Shown: piece after piece, positions 46,651-56,689 of the stretch
Numbering within the stretch: the first letter of the stretch is position 1
Layout of the letters: each line of letters begins with the position of its first letter
Assembly: GCA_026421205.1 (NCBI GenBank)
Contig: JAPKBM010000008.1
Coordinates: 4,055 to 68,054 of the forward strand
DNA from: Planctomycetota bacterium
Lineage (GTDB): Bacteria; Planctomycetota; UBA1135
Length of the DNA: 64,000 nucleotides
Direction of reading: 5' to 3'
The notes under the pieces: model-generated
What the model saw: only the letters and a program-made list of their open reading frames with translations
Database searches by the model: none
What the model was told of the DNA's origin: nothing
Made by a program: the position numbers and the translations under genes

Positions 46651-48336
46651 ATGAAGCGTCTCCTTGAATGTGTTCCGAATTTCTCCGAAGGCCGTGATTT
46701 GGCGGTCATTGAGAAAATCACTGCGGTGATTGAAGCCGTGGATGGCGTGGAATTGCTCGATGTAGACCCTGGCGCTGCCACGAATCGGACCGTGGTGACC
46801 TTTGTCGGAGAGCCCGACGCCGTGCTGGATGCTGCCGTCGCTGCCGGAAAGAAGTCTGCAGAACTTATTGATATGTCTAAGCACTCCGGGGAGCACCCAC
46901 GTTTTGGTGCCATGGATGTTTGCCCGCTCGTTCCCATTGCTGGCTTGAGCATGGAAGAAACGGCGGAATACGCGCGGGAATTGGGCCAACGCCTCGGCGA
47001 AGAAGCGGGGCTGACGATTTACCTCTATGAAAACGCGGCCCGTCGGCCTGAGCGGCAAAACTTGGCCAACGTGCGGCGCGGAGAATATGAAGGCCTCAAA
47101 GAGCGTCTGAAAGATGCAGAATGGGCGCCCGACTTTGGGCCAGCTGACTTCCAGACCAAGACGGGGGCAACCGCAGTCAGTGCGCGGAATTTCCTTGTGG
47201 CCTACAACATCAACCTCAACACAACTTCGGCACGACGCGCCAATGCCGTTGCTTTTGATGTCCGCGAAAAAGGTCGGATTAAAAAAGCACCTTGCCCACT
47301 CACGGGAGAAGTCGTGAAGGATGCCGATGGGAATACGGTTTGGGAGCCGGGGCAGTTAAAAGCAGTTAAGGGGATTGGTTGGTTCATTGAAGAGTTCGGC
47401 ATTGCCCAAGTCTCGATGAACCTCACCGACATCACCGTGACGTCCGTTCATGAGGCCTTTGATGCGGTATGCGCCTCGGCCGATCGTCGGGGCATGCGCG
47501 TGTCGGGGTCGGAGTTAGTGGGTTTGATTCCGCTCGAAGCGATGTTGGACGCCGGCCGGCATTATTTGCGAAAGCAATCTCGTTCCACGGGCGTCAGTGA
47601 CGCCGAACTTGTGAAAATTGCCGCAAAAACATTGGGATTGGATGACTTGAAAAAGTTTGAGCCACAAAAAAGCATCATCGAATATGTCTTGGCCACAAAA
47701 CAAGGTGGCGGTCGGTTGGCGGCAATGAGCGTCCAAGGTTTTGTAGAAGAAACGGCCAGTGAATCCCCCGCTCCGGGAGGCGGGTCCATTGCCGCCAATT
47801 TAGGTGCGCTGGGCGCGGCACTCGGCACCATGGTTGCTAACCTTTCCAGCCATAAACGTGGTTGGGATGAACGATGGGAGGAATTCAGTGATTGGGCGGA
47901 ACGGGGCAAAGTATGCCATCAAGAACTCGTTCAACTCATTGATAGAGACACCGAAGCCTTTGAACGCATCATGCTTTCGTGGCGACTGCCGACGGGAACT
48001 GATGCCGAAAAGTCCGCACAAAAGGAAGCGGTGCAAGCGGCGACATTGTTTGCCATTAAAGCCCCATTCCGCGTAATGGAAGTTTCCCTGGAGTCAATGA
48101 AAGTCGCCAAAGCCATGGCCGACGTCGGCATGGATGCCTCTGCTTCGGATGCCGGTGTTGCGGCTCTATGCGCTCGGTCGGCAGTGATGGGCGCGTTTTT
48201 GAACGTGCGGATTAACGCGGGAGACTTAGAAGACAAAGCCGTCGTAGCGGATTTTGAAAAAAGAGGGACCGAAATCGTTGCGCAAGCACAGTCCATGGAA
48301 ACAGAAATTCTTCGGCTTGTGGAAAAGAAGCTCTAA
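46651..48336 (+). CDS. bifunctional glutamate formimidoyltransferase / formimidoyl-THF cyclodeaminase
   Basis: ATG 46651 gives MKRLLECVPNFSEGRD (formiminotransferase signature) with HPRFGAMDVCP. The ~190-aa helical C-terminal domain is of cyclodeaminase type (SESPAPGGGSIAA). Confidence 0.85.
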   Translation: MKRLLECVPNFSEGRDLAVIEKITAVIEAVDGVELLDVDPGAATNRTVVTFVGEPDAVLDAAVAAGKKSAELIDMSKHSGEHPRFGAMDVCPLVPIAGLSMEETAEYARELGQRLGEEAGLTIYLYENAARRPERQNLANVRRGEYEGLKERLKDAEWAPDFGPADFQTKTGATAVSARNFLVAYNINLNTTSARRANAVAFDVREKGRIKKAPCPLTGEVVKDADGNTVWEPGQLKAVKGIGWFIEEFGIAQVSMNLTDITVTSVHEAFDAVCASADRRGMRVSGSELVGLIPLEAMLDAGRHYLRKQSRSTGVSDAELVKIAAKTLGLDDLKKFEPQKSIIEYVLATKQGGGRLAAMSVQGFVEETASESPAPGGGSIAANLGALGAALGTMVANLSSHKRGWDERWEEFSDWAERGKVCHQELVQLIDRDTEAFERIMLSWRLPTGTDAEKSAQKEAVQAATLFAIKAPFRVMEVSLESMKVAKAMADVGMDASASDAGVAALCARSAVMGAFLNVRINAGDLEDKAVVADFEKRGTEIVAQAQSMETEILRLVEKKL

Positions 48337-48650
48337 ATTACAGAAGCGTTTCCTTGTCCGCTGAAACAGGAGGTGTACCACTCCGTTTCGTGAAGATCAA
48401 GTGCATGAATCGATGGTCCCGCTGACTCCTGACACGAAAATCATTTCTCGTCAAGAGTTCGGCGCCGTCCCCCCCCATGGATGTCGGAACATTCCCGTAG
48501 GGTTCCCATGACTTTATCTTCGGGACAAAAAACAAAAGATTGAACATTGGGGAGTACCAATAATCCCTGAACGCGGGCTTGCGCATACCCTTCCCCCTCC
48601 ATGCCACACGGAACCCCCGTTAAACAAGTACTCACTAAGACAGGAGTTTT

Positions 48651-49814
48651 TCAGCCAAATCGGTACCCAAAATAGTGCAAATCTGGGATATCCAACGCCA
48701 CCCACTTCGCGTCAAAACCAGGCGCCAAACGCCCTAATCGACCACCTAGCCCCAAACTGTCCGCCGCCCCCGCCGTCACGCCCCACAGTGCTTCGGCCGC
48801 CGTTAAATTCATGCGCACCCGCGCAAAATGCGCAGCCTCTGGCAAACTTGCCGTGTAACACGAACCAGGGTTAAAGTCGGTTGCAATAAAATAAGGCACT
48901 TCAGCATCCAACAGTTTCCGAGCCGGTGCATTCATGGACTGCCGAAGAAAATGAGGAACGGCCGGAAGCAAACCTGCGTGCGTTTTCCGACTCATCGCCA
49001 ACGCCTCCAAGCCCGCATCACTCAAAGCTTCTAAATGGTCCACACTCTGTGCACCCAATTCCACGGCCAATTGAACGCCGCCCAACTCATTGAATTGATC
49101 GGCGTGAATGCGCAATGCCAAACCTAGATCTTTCGCGCATTCCAAATAACGGCGTCCTTGAGCTAAAGAAAAAGCACCCTCTTCAATAAAAACATCCGCA
49201 GCAACCGCCAAGCCTTCCTCTACAACGGCCGGTAACATTTCTTCACACAATAAATCCACATAGGCCTCGGGACGATCCCGAAATTCTTCCGCAATCATGT
49301 GTGCACCCAGAAATGTAGGCGCCACTTCCATTCCCGTCTTCGCCGAAGCCTGTGCAATGACGCGCAAGGATTTCAACTCCGCGTCCAAAGATAACCCATA
49401 TCCCGACTTCGCCTCACAAGCCACCGTCCCCTTTTCCTGCATCCATTCAAAATGGAGGATCACCTTTTCCAATAAGGCACTTTCCTCACACTCACGCACG
49501 GCCCGAACGCTGGAATAAATTCCTCCGCCCTTTTTCGCAATTTCCAAATAGTCCATTCCTTGCGCGCGCCAATCAAACTCCTCCGCTCGCCCCTGGGCAA
49601 AAACCGGGTGCGTGTGCGCATCTACAAAGCCGGGGACAAGGAGTTTTCCGGAAAGGTCCTGTTCTTTCTTAACCGACCATTGGGCGCGCAAATCCCTTTC
49701 TTGGCCTACCGCCGCGATCTTTCCATCCACCACAACCAACGAGTCCCCCGCAACGCCGTCGACCTGCGTCACGACAGAAGATGCCCCAAAGACAAGGAGG
49801 TCACCGTGCTTCAT
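48651..49814 (-). CDS. hutI: imidazolonepropionase
   Basis: ATG at 49814; the track start at 49817 is GTG. Motifs are PGFVDAHTHPVFAQGRAEEF, KKGGGI, RIHADQFNELGG and ATDFNPGS. Confidence 0.88.
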   Translation of the reverse strand: MKHGDLLVFGASSVVTQVDGVAGDSLVVVDGKIAAVGQERDLRAQWSVKKEQDLSGKLLVPGFVDAHTHPVFAQGRAEEFDWRAQGMDYLEIAKKGGGIYSSVRAVRECEESALLEKVILHFEWMQEKGTVACEAKSGYGLSLDAELKSLRVIAQASAKTGMEVAPTFLGAHMIAEEFRDRPEAYVDLLCEEMLPAVVEEGLAVAADVFIEEGAFSLAQGRRYLECAKDLGLALRIHADQFNELGGVQLAVELGAQSVDHLEALSDAGLEALAMSRKTHAGLLPAVPHFLRQSMNAPARKLLDAEVPYFIATDFNPGSCYTASLPEAAHFARVRMNLTAAEALWGVTAGAADSLGLGGRLGRLAPGFDAKWVALDIPDLHYFGYRFG

Positions 49815-49887
49815 CACCGAATCATACCGAATGGAAATAGTGATATTAAACTTGGGTCCGTCGGTATTTCTCTTCTAAAATGAAATC

Positions 49888-51123
49888 TTGGCCATCCTGT
49901 TTCTCCTCCTTGGCGCCCTTTGCGGTGGACTCCGAGCCCTCCTCGCATCCCCACTTCGCCGTTCTCTCACCACAGACCTTCCCGAGGTTTTCCAGAAACG
50001 CGCAAATGCCGCGGCAAACGCCGGCTCCCACATCGCCAGCACGGCAGGTCTCCTCCGGATTTTCTTTCTCACCGCGGCGGTGGCCGATCTCCTGCAAACA
50101 ACTGAAGAGCTTGAAATCCTCCAACAGTGGCCCCTTTGGACGCTGTATGCCCTGACCGCCGGAGTTCTCTTGGAAGGCGTTCCAGCTCTGGTGATCCGTG
50201 GTCGCGCCCGGCGCATCTGCCTTCTCATTCTCCCCCTCGTTCAACTGGCCGCTTGGCCACTCCGTCCACTCACACGCCTTTTGGAAATCAGCCTTGATTT
50301 TCTAGGCGTGGACTTGGAACAAAATGGTCAAGGAAGTCTTGCTGCAGAACTTTTGGACGTCGCCCGTGAGCATGACCGTACCGAGGAGCTCGACGCCGCA
50401 GAAAAGAAAATGATCGCCCGGGTGATTGAACTCCCGGAAACCGACGCCGCCGAAGTCATGACACCGCGTACAGAACTTACGGCTATTCCTGCCCAAGCCA
50501 CGGTGGCCGAAGCCGCCACACTGGCTAACGAAGCGGGTCATTCCCGCCTCCCCGCCTACGAAGAAGACCATGACCACATCGCTGGAATCTTTTACCTCAA
50601 AGATGTGCTCCCAGCCTGGGCACACGGGGAAGATGTCGGCGGTGAAAAAGTGCGTAAATATCTTCGCCCGGCCTACTTCGTCCCAGAAACGATGCGCATC
50701 CCGGCGCTCTTAGAAGAATTACGCCGACGACGCGTGCACCTTGCCATTGTGGTGGATGAATACGGAGGCACGGCGGGCGTAGTCACTATTGAGGACCTCC
50801 TAGAGGAAATCGTCGGGGAAATTCAAGACGAGCATGATCAAGAAGAGGACCCCATTGTCTTTCAATTGCTCAATGACCAAACTGCCATTGCCGACGGCCG
50901 GATGGGTGTGGATGAGCTCAATGAAGCATTTCCCGCTAAACTCCCCGAAGATGAGGCCTATGACACTTTGGCGGGCCTTCTCTTTGAGCGATTCGGGCAT
51001 ATTCCAAAAGTTGGGGAAACGCTTCAACTGAACTACGTCACTTTGGAAATCACGCAAGCCGACGACCGACGTATTCAGCGCGTCAAGCTCACCAGCCTGG
51101 TGAAACCAACCCCTGCCCCGTGA
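49888..51123 (+). CDS. CNNM/CorC-type transporter protein (DUF21 membrane domain, CBS pair, CorC_HlyC)
   Basis: Hydrophobic N-terminal segments are followed by MTPRTEL, HSRLPAY, a CBS pair and the C-terminal IVVDEYGGTAGVVTIEDLLEEIVGEIQDEHD. TTG start, with no in-frame ATG nearby. Confidence 0.8.
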   Translation: MAILFLLLGALCGGLRALLASPLRRSLTTDLPEVFQKRANAAANAGSHIASTAGLLRIFFLTAAVADLLQTTEELEILQQWPLWTLYALTAGVLLEGVPALVIRGRARRICLLILPLVQLAAWPLRPLTRLLEISLDFLGVDLEQNGQGSLAAELLDVAREHDRTEELDAAEKKMIARVIELPETDAAEVMTPRTELTAIPAQATVAEAATLANEAGHSRLPAYEEDHDHIAGIFYLKDVLPAWAHGEDVGGEKVRKYLRPAYFVPETMRIPALLEELRRRRVHLAIVVDEYGGTAGVVTIEDLLEEIVGEIQDEHDQEEDPIVFQLLNDQTAIADGRMGVDELNEAFPAKLPEDEAYDTLAGLLFERFGHIPKVGETLQLNYVTLEITQADDRRIQRVKLTSLVKPTPAP

Positions 51124-51866
51124 ACCGCCAAACTTCCCCTGCCATTGTCCTCCGCCGATGGCCGTATTCGGAAACCTCCCAAGTCGTCCACTTGTTGACA
51201 CCCCATCACGGCGTGCTCCCCATGATGGCCAAGGGCGTCAACAAACTTAAAAGCGGTAAAGCAGGTGTATTAGATACGTGGGCTTTTGTGGAAGTGGACT
51301 TCGGCGGAGCAGATAACCGAGACCTCCTTCAGCTTTACGGTGTCAAACTCGTGGACCGCCACTCGGGAATTTCTGAAAACCCCGACCTCCTCACCGCCGC
51401 CGCACTTCTTGCTGAAACGGCCGAACTTGCCGCCCCTGCTGGCCTCCCCTCGCCCGATGTTTTCTTATTTTTACTCCACAGTCTTCAAGAACTCCACGAG
51501 GGCGTGGAAACTGCCGGATTCCTATGCCAGCGCATCCTTGAAATCCTTGCGCTCCTCGGCCTTAGCCCAACCCTAGAAAACACCGATGCCTCCCCATCTG
51601 CAACGCTCTGGTTTTCGCCGGCAAATGGTGGGCTGCTCCCCTCGGGTTCACCTCGCCCCAGTGATCAAGCACACCGCCTTTCTCCCGCCATGCTTCTCCT
51701 GTTACGAAGCTACCGCGATACACCGGAAATCGCCCGCACGGCACCCCTCCCTGAGCAGGAGGATTGCCTTACAATCTTGGGCGAATTCCTTTGCTACCAC
51801 CTGGATCGTCCACCCAAAGCTTGGGCCATTCTTCTAGAGCGCCGGAAGGCTACCTCGTGTTCGTAA
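51120..51866 (+). CDS. recO: DNA repair protein RecO
   Basis: GTG start overlaps the upstream stop (GTGA). The N-terminal OB-fold pattern is AIVLRRWPYSETSQVVHLLTPHHGVLPMMAKG. Confidence 0.7.
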   Translation: MNRQTSPAIVLRRWPYSETSQVVHLLTPHHGVLPMMAKGVNKLKSGKAGVLDTWAFVEVDFGGADNRDLLQLYGVKLVDRHSGISENPDLLTAAALLAETAELAAPAGLPSPDVFLFLLHSLQELHEGVETAGFLCQRILEILALLGLSPTLENTDASPSATLWFSPANGGLLPSGSPRPSDQAHRLSPAMLLLLRSYRDTPEIARTAPLPEQEDCLTILGEFLCYHLDRPPKAWAILLERRKATSCS

Positions 51867-52762
51867 AAAACATCTCCATTGCCCTGTTCTCAGCAACTCT
51901 CTTGCTGAGTTTTCCCTCGTGCGCTTCACAGGAAATCCCTCTTGACATCCATGAATTGGATGCACCACGTGCTGAAATGGCCGCGGGGGAATGGGGTACT
52001 GCTTGGCGCTCGCTTCAAAGTATCCGCACGGAAGAGCTCGACCGGCCTACCCGCGTGGCTTATGCGCAACTCGCCGGAGAAGTTGCTTGGCAAAGAGAAG
52101 ATTGGAATGGTGCACTTCACCACTACAATGATTTTCTTCATCTTCGCGGTCCTGGCGCGGAAATTGATATTGCTGCGCAGCGTATGTTCCAAATTGCCAC
52201 CGAGCTTTTAGACGGCCAACACAAAACCTTTGGGGTTTTCCCTAACCGCCATCGTGGGCTCATCACGTTAGAAAATCTGGCGCTTTGGGCTCCGCGCCAT
52301 CCACTCGCTCCAGAATCACTCATCCGTGCAGGTGAATATAATTTCAAGAAAGGGGACTATGCAGACGCAGCAAACAATTACCGAGGTGTCCTTGCTGCCT
52401 ACGCCGGCTCTGAATGGACGGACTTGGCCACCTACCGGATTGGCATGTGTAGCTACCACCGCCTTGAAGGGCCGTGGTCGGACGCCAACTTGCTCACTAC
52501 TGCAAAAAGCCAGTTTCAACAGTACTTAATCCTCTTCCCCGAAGGTCGGTATGCGCAACAAGCGGAAGACATGAGCGGAACGATCTATCAACTCCAAGCC
52601 GATCGAGAAAACATGCTAGGAGATTATTATGCCACTCTTGAAAACGACTTGGGTGCACGCATGTATTGGACTCGTGCCGCATCCTTCTCCGGAACTCCTT
52701 CTGCGAAAGCGGCACAAGAAAAACTCCGGGCGTTAGACGCCACGGCAACGACCGCCCCCTAG
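51857..52762 (+). CDS. BamD-like outer-membrane assembly lipoprotein (TPR)
   Basis: A GTG start is proposed at 51857 (FVKNISIALFSATLLLSFPSC). The TPR-like body (GDYADAANNYRGVLAAY...RIGMCSY...AKSQFQQYLILFPEGRYAQQAE) resembles BamD/YfiO. The start is uncertain; the track ORF begins at 51764 inside recO. Confidence 0.55.
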   Translation: MFVKNISIALFSATLLLSFPSCASQEIPLDIHELDAPRAEMAAGEWGTAWRSLQSIRTEELDRPTRVAYAQLAGEVAWQREDWNGALHHYNDFLHLRGPGAEIDIAAQRMFQIATELLDGQHKTFGVFPNRHRGLITLENLALWAPRHPLAPESLIRAGEYNFKKGDYADAANNYRGVLAAYAGSEWTDLATYRIGMCSYHRLEGPWSDANLLTTAKSQFQQYLILFPEGRYAQQAEDMSGTIYQLQADRENMLGDYYATLENDLGARMYWTRAASFSGTPSAKAAQEKLRALDATATTAP

Positions 52763-52767
52763 CCTTG

Positions 52768-53262
52768 ATGGCCACTCGCCTTCTTTTTACGCTGCTTTGT
52801 GTATTGCTACCCAGTTGCGGATACCAAGTTCTTCAACCCTCTCTGGGAGCAGGCCAGAGCATTTGGGTTCCTACGGCAACCAACCATTCACATTGGCATG
52901 GCATGGAGGCCTCGTTCACACAAAGCCTTCGCAAAGAGCTCGTCGGCCTTTGGGATCTCCGCCTCAAAGAAAACAAGGACGCCGACCTCATCTTGACCTC
53001 CCATCTCCGTCATATCCGTCGCGGGGCTGCCGTCAGCGGAAAAGGAGGCACTATTTTGGCCGGTCGTGCGTATCTTCAAGCAGATTGGATCCTCACTCAT
53101 GCCAATGGCGCGCAACTCGCCGAGGGCTCGCTCTCTCGAACCTTAGAATTCCTCCCTCAAAATGGGGAGGACACTTACAGCGCTGCAGATAAAATCATTG
53201 CGGAGCTCACCGAACAAATTGCGATGGAAACGGGTCTTTCACTACGTCCATCCAAGCTTTAA
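52768..53262 (+). CDS. LptE-like lipoprotein
   Basis: ATG at 52768. Lipobox LCVLLPSCGY. Size (~164 aa) and position next to bamD-like fit an LPS-assembly lipoprotein, but the sequence evidence is weak. Confidence 0.4.
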   Translation: MATRLLFTLLCVLLPSCGYQVLQPSLGAGQSIWVPTATNHSHWHGMEASFTQSLRKELVGLWDLRLKENKDADLILTSHLRHIRRGAAVSGKGGTILAGRAYLQADWILTHANGAQLAEGSLSRTLEFLPQNGEDTYSAADKIIAELTEQIAMETGLSLRPSKL

Positions 53263-53270
53263 TCCTTCTT

Positions 53271-55538
53271 ATGACTGAATCCAACCCAGAATCCAACCCA
53301 AAGCAAAAGAACACCGAAGGTGCGCCGCGCAAACCCTTCGGTCCTTTTTTATTCATGCTTATGGGGCTTTTACTGCTTTTAGTTTACTTTGGCAGTGACC
53401 CCCCGGCGTTAAGTTTGTCCGAAGACGCCTTTTGGTTTCAACTCCATACCGGCCAAGTAGAACAAGTCCAAGAGGACGCGCCGAACACCTTTGAAGGTCT
53501 CTTGAAATCAACGACCGGAGGCGCCCCAGAAGCGTTTATCGTAAATGTTCCGGACACGTCGGCGATTCATGCAGAGGTAAGAGATCTTAAAGGAAAGCAA
53601 CTCTTATTAAGAGAGCCGATGTCGGTCGGCACTCTAACAAGCAAGATTCAAAACAAAACGCTCAACCCTACACAAGGTTACGCCATCACGCTGAGGGAAT
53701 GGGTCAACCCAAAAGAACATGCTCAAGGAGAGACTTCCCAGCAGCGCTTCTTTTTGGATTATCAAGATTCCGACGGCGCCCACTATGCGGAAATTCTTTC
53801 CGGTTCTGAAAACGGTCCGAACCTGATTGCTCTTGAGTCTTTATTGAAAACCTCAGGTGCCAGTTCACGCATTCTTTCTTTTGACGGGGTAAATGGCATT
53901 GTTACGAAGAAAACTTCAGGATTGAAAATATTCTTCTACTCCTTTGCACCGTTCCTTCTTTTCCTCGGACTCATTTGGTTCATGATGGGGCGGCAAATGA
54001 AAGGGCAAGGCCAAGGACTGCTTTCCTTTGGTCGCTCTCGGGCCGTAACCTACAATCAAGAAAACAAAACAGGGGTTACCTTTGATGATGTTGCAGGCAT
54101 TGACGAAGCCAAAGATGAAGTCACCGAAATCATTCAATTTCTCAAGAGTCCGGAGAAATTCAAGCGATTAGGGGGGCGGATCCCTCGGGGAGTCCTGTTG
54201 GTCGGTTCTCCTGGAACCGGAAAAACTCTCCTGGCCAAGGCCATTGCAGGAGAAGCTGATGTCCCCTTTGTCAGTATCTCAGGATCAGACTTTGTAGAAA
54301 TGTTTGTGGGCGTTGGCGCAAGTCGTGTGCGAGATTTGTTCGAACAAGCGCGTAAGTCCGCACCGTGCATCATCTTTTTAGATGAGATTGATGCCGTCGG
54401 CCGGAAACGTGGATCCGGCATGGGAGGGGGTAATGAAGAGCGGGAACAAACACTCAACGCCATTTTGGTTGAAATGGATGGCTTCGGCACGGACGCCAAC
54501 ATCATTGTGGTTGCCGCCACGAATCGCCCAGACGTTTTGGATGCTGCACTGCTTCGACCTGGGCGCTTTGACAGAGAAATCGTCATCGACCTTCCGGATG
54601 TCAAAGGAAGAGAGAAAATTCTTAGCGTGCACTCGAAACATGTCAAGTTAGCGCCAGACATCAATCTTGAAGATATCGCAAAGGGCACGCCGGGGTTCAG
54701 TGGCGCAGAACTTGCTGCCTTGGTGAACGAAGCCGCCATTTTGGCCGCCATGAAAGAACATGCTTTTGTTCGTCAAGAAGACCTGGAAGAATCGCGAGAC
54801 AAAGTGCGCTTCGGCCGTGAGAAAAAGTCGCGGGCTATGGACGCCAGCGACAAACGCATCACGGCTTACCACGAAGCAGGACACGCCGTTGTGAACTGTG
54901 AGCTTGAGCACACCGAACCTGTGCATAAGGTCACCATCATCCCTCGTGGCATGGCCTTAGGTGCCACCATGATGTTGCCCGAAAAAGATCGGATGCATCT
55001 CTCCTACAAGGCCATCTTGGACGAGCTTGCCGTCTTGTTCGGTGGCCGGGTTGCCGAAGAAGTCTTTTGTGACGATATCACCACAGGCGCATCCAATGAC
55101 ATCATGCGAGCCACTCAAATGGCGCGCCTCATGATTACTGAGTGGGGTATGAGTCAAGTGCTTGGCCCCATCCATCTCGCCAATTCGGGTGGCAATGAGT
55201 TCCTCGGTTCTGAATTCTCCATGGGGAAAGATCATTCCGAAGAAACAGCCCGGGCCATTGATAATGAAGTTCGAGACATTTTGGCAAAAGCCCATCAGCG
55301 TGCAAGAGACCTCATTAGCCAACACTCTGACGCCCTTATTCGGGTCGCCGAAGGACTTCTCATCCACGAGTCCATCACCGGGGACGAAATGCGGGCACTC
55401 GCTGCGGGGACAGAACCTGCTGACCTCCGCCCTCAAAGCACACTTGCACCACCGCCTCTTCCGGGTGCATCTGCCGGCACAGCAGAGGACCCACCCTTGC
55501 CTACGCCGCAAGCTCCTCACGAAGAAATCGCCGAATAA
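53271..55538 (+). CDS. ftsH: ATP-dependent zinc metalloprotease FtsH
   Basis: It has two TM segments, Walker [23 protein letters not shown], the SRH segment [20 protein letters not shown] and the zinc site HEAGHA. Confidence 0.95.
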   Translation: MTESNPESNPKQKNTEGAPRKPFGPFLFMLMGLLLLLVYFGSDPPALSLSEDAFWFQLHTGQVEQVQEDAPNTFEGLLKSTTGGAPEAFIVNVPDTSAIHAEVRDLKGKQLLLREPMSVGTLTSKIQNKTLNPTQGYAITLREWVNPKEHAQGETSQQRFFLDYQDSDGAHYAEILSGSENGPNLIALESLLKTSGASSRILSFDGVNGIVTKKTSGLKIFFYSFAPFLLFLGLIWFMMGRQMKGQGQGLLSFGRSRAVTYNQENKTGVTFDDVAGIDEAKDEVTEIIQFLKSPEKFKRLGGRIPRGVLLVGSPGTGKTLLAKAIAGEADVPFVSISGSDFVEMFVGVGASRVRDLFEQARKSAPCIIFLDEIDAVGRKRGSGMGGGNEEREQTLNAILVEMDGFGTDANIIVVAATNRPDVLDAALLRPGRFDREIVIDLPDVKGREKILSVHSKHVKLAPDINLEDIAKGTPGFSGAELAALVNEAAILAAMKEHAFVRQEDLEESRDKVRFGREKKSRAMDASDKRITAYHEAGHAVVNCELEHTEPVHKVTIIPRGMALGATMMLPEKDRMHLSYKAILDELAVLFGGRVAEEVFCDDITTGASNDIMRATQMARLMITEWGMSQVLGPIHLANSGGNEFLGSEFSMGKDHSEETARAIDNEVRDILAKAHQRARDLISQHSDALIRVAEGLLIHESITGDEMRALAAGTEPADLRPQSTLAPPPLPGASAGTAEDPPLPTPQAPHEEIAE

Positions 55539-56689
55539 TGTTGCAACCTTGGGAGCTCCCTCACCATGAGGAGAAGCATCACGCGATTCCTCTAGAAAAT
55601 GGACTGTGGCGAGGACCGCGCCCCGAATCCAAAGCATGTGAGCAAGCCCTCCAAAAAAAAGGGCTGGTCGCCGTCGGCGAGTCTAAAGATTGCGCTACCC
55701 GTTATTACCTTGCTCCCCATTTCATCGAGGCGCCGAAGGAAAATATTACTTTTTCGGGGCCTGTGGAAGTCATCGACCTCACCGACCCAGAAGCGAGGGC
55801 TACTTGGATTACCCAACGCATTGCCGTCGGCTTACAAAGCTGGAAAGAGTTTCCACAGCACCCACCGGCCTTCATGGCCATTTTGAATCTCACTCCAGAT
55901 TCTTTCAGTGATGGAGGAACGCTCACCCACCCCACTACCGGTCATCTTTCTCCTGACCGCCTCCTCGAGCGGGTAGCAGAACATGAACAACACCAGGCTG
56001 CGTGGTTGGATCTTGGTGCAGAGAGCACACGGCCCGGCGCAAAGGCCATTCCCGCGCAACAACAGCTGGAGCAACTCCTTCCTGCCATTTCCCTGCTCCA
56101 TAACAAGAAAACCCCGCTCTCTGTAGATACCCGCTCCGCCGAAGTTGCGGAAGCCTGCCTCCAAGCTGGTGCCACCATGGTGAATGATGTCAGCGCCCTC
56201 GCCGACCCCCTCCTTGCCCGCGTTTGCGCCCAACATTCCTGCCGTATCGTCCTCATGCACCACCGTGGCACACCGGAAACGATGCAAAACCGGACCACAT
56301 ACGCGCACCTCCTTGGTGAAGTTGCCGACGCTCTCGCCGCACGCGCCGCGTATGCTCTCTCTCAGGGCATCCATCCGTCCCAAATCCTCTTAGACCCAGG
56401 CATTGGATTTGCCAAAGACACTCCATCCAATTTGAAACTTCTTGGCCACTGTGGCGCGCTGCGTGCGTTAGGATTTCCACTCTTGCTCGGCCCATCCCGC
56501 AAGTCCTTCATGTCCACGCTTCTCCCGCAATCCGCACCGGCCCAAAGAGATTTAGGCTCCGCCGGCGCTGCCGCAATTTGCGCCGCCCAAGGTGTCTATG
56601 CTCTACGCATGCACACGGGCCGATTCCAAGATGCTTGGCAGATGGCATGGAGCATTGCAAACGCCTCCTCACTTATTCCACGCACATGA
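55538..56689 (+). CDS. folP: dihydropteroate synthase with a ~112-aa N-terminal extension
   Basis: The ATG overlaps the ftsH stop (TAATG). The core begins at MAILNLTPDSFSDGG (aa 113), followed by DLGAESTRPG, VNDVSA and DPGIGFAK. Confidence 0.85.
   Translation: MLQPWELPHHEEKHHAIPLENGLWRGPRPESKACEQALQKKGLVAVGESKDCATRYYLAPHFIEAPKENITFSGPVEVIDLTDPEARATWITQRIAVGLQSWKEFPQHPPAFMAILNLTPDSFSDGGTLTHPTTGHLSPDRLLERVAEHEQHQAAWLDLGAESTRPGAKAIPAQQQLEQLLPAISLLHNKKTPLSVDTRSAEVAEACLQAGATMVNDVSALADPLLARVCAQHSCRIVLMHHRGTPETMQNRTTYAHLLGEVADALAARAAYALSQGIHPSQILLDPGIGFAKDTPSNLKLLGHCGALRALGFPLLLGPSRKSFMSTLLPQSAPAQRDLGSAGAAAICAAQGVYALRMHTGRFQDAWQMAWSIANASSLIPRT

Noticed and set aside
54134-55637. Minus-strand ORFs of 205 aa and 226 aa (54134..54751 and 54957..55637)
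   Set aside because: They are antisense to ftsH and the folP start. The sequence is Ser/Arg-rich and low in information, so they are shadow ORFs.
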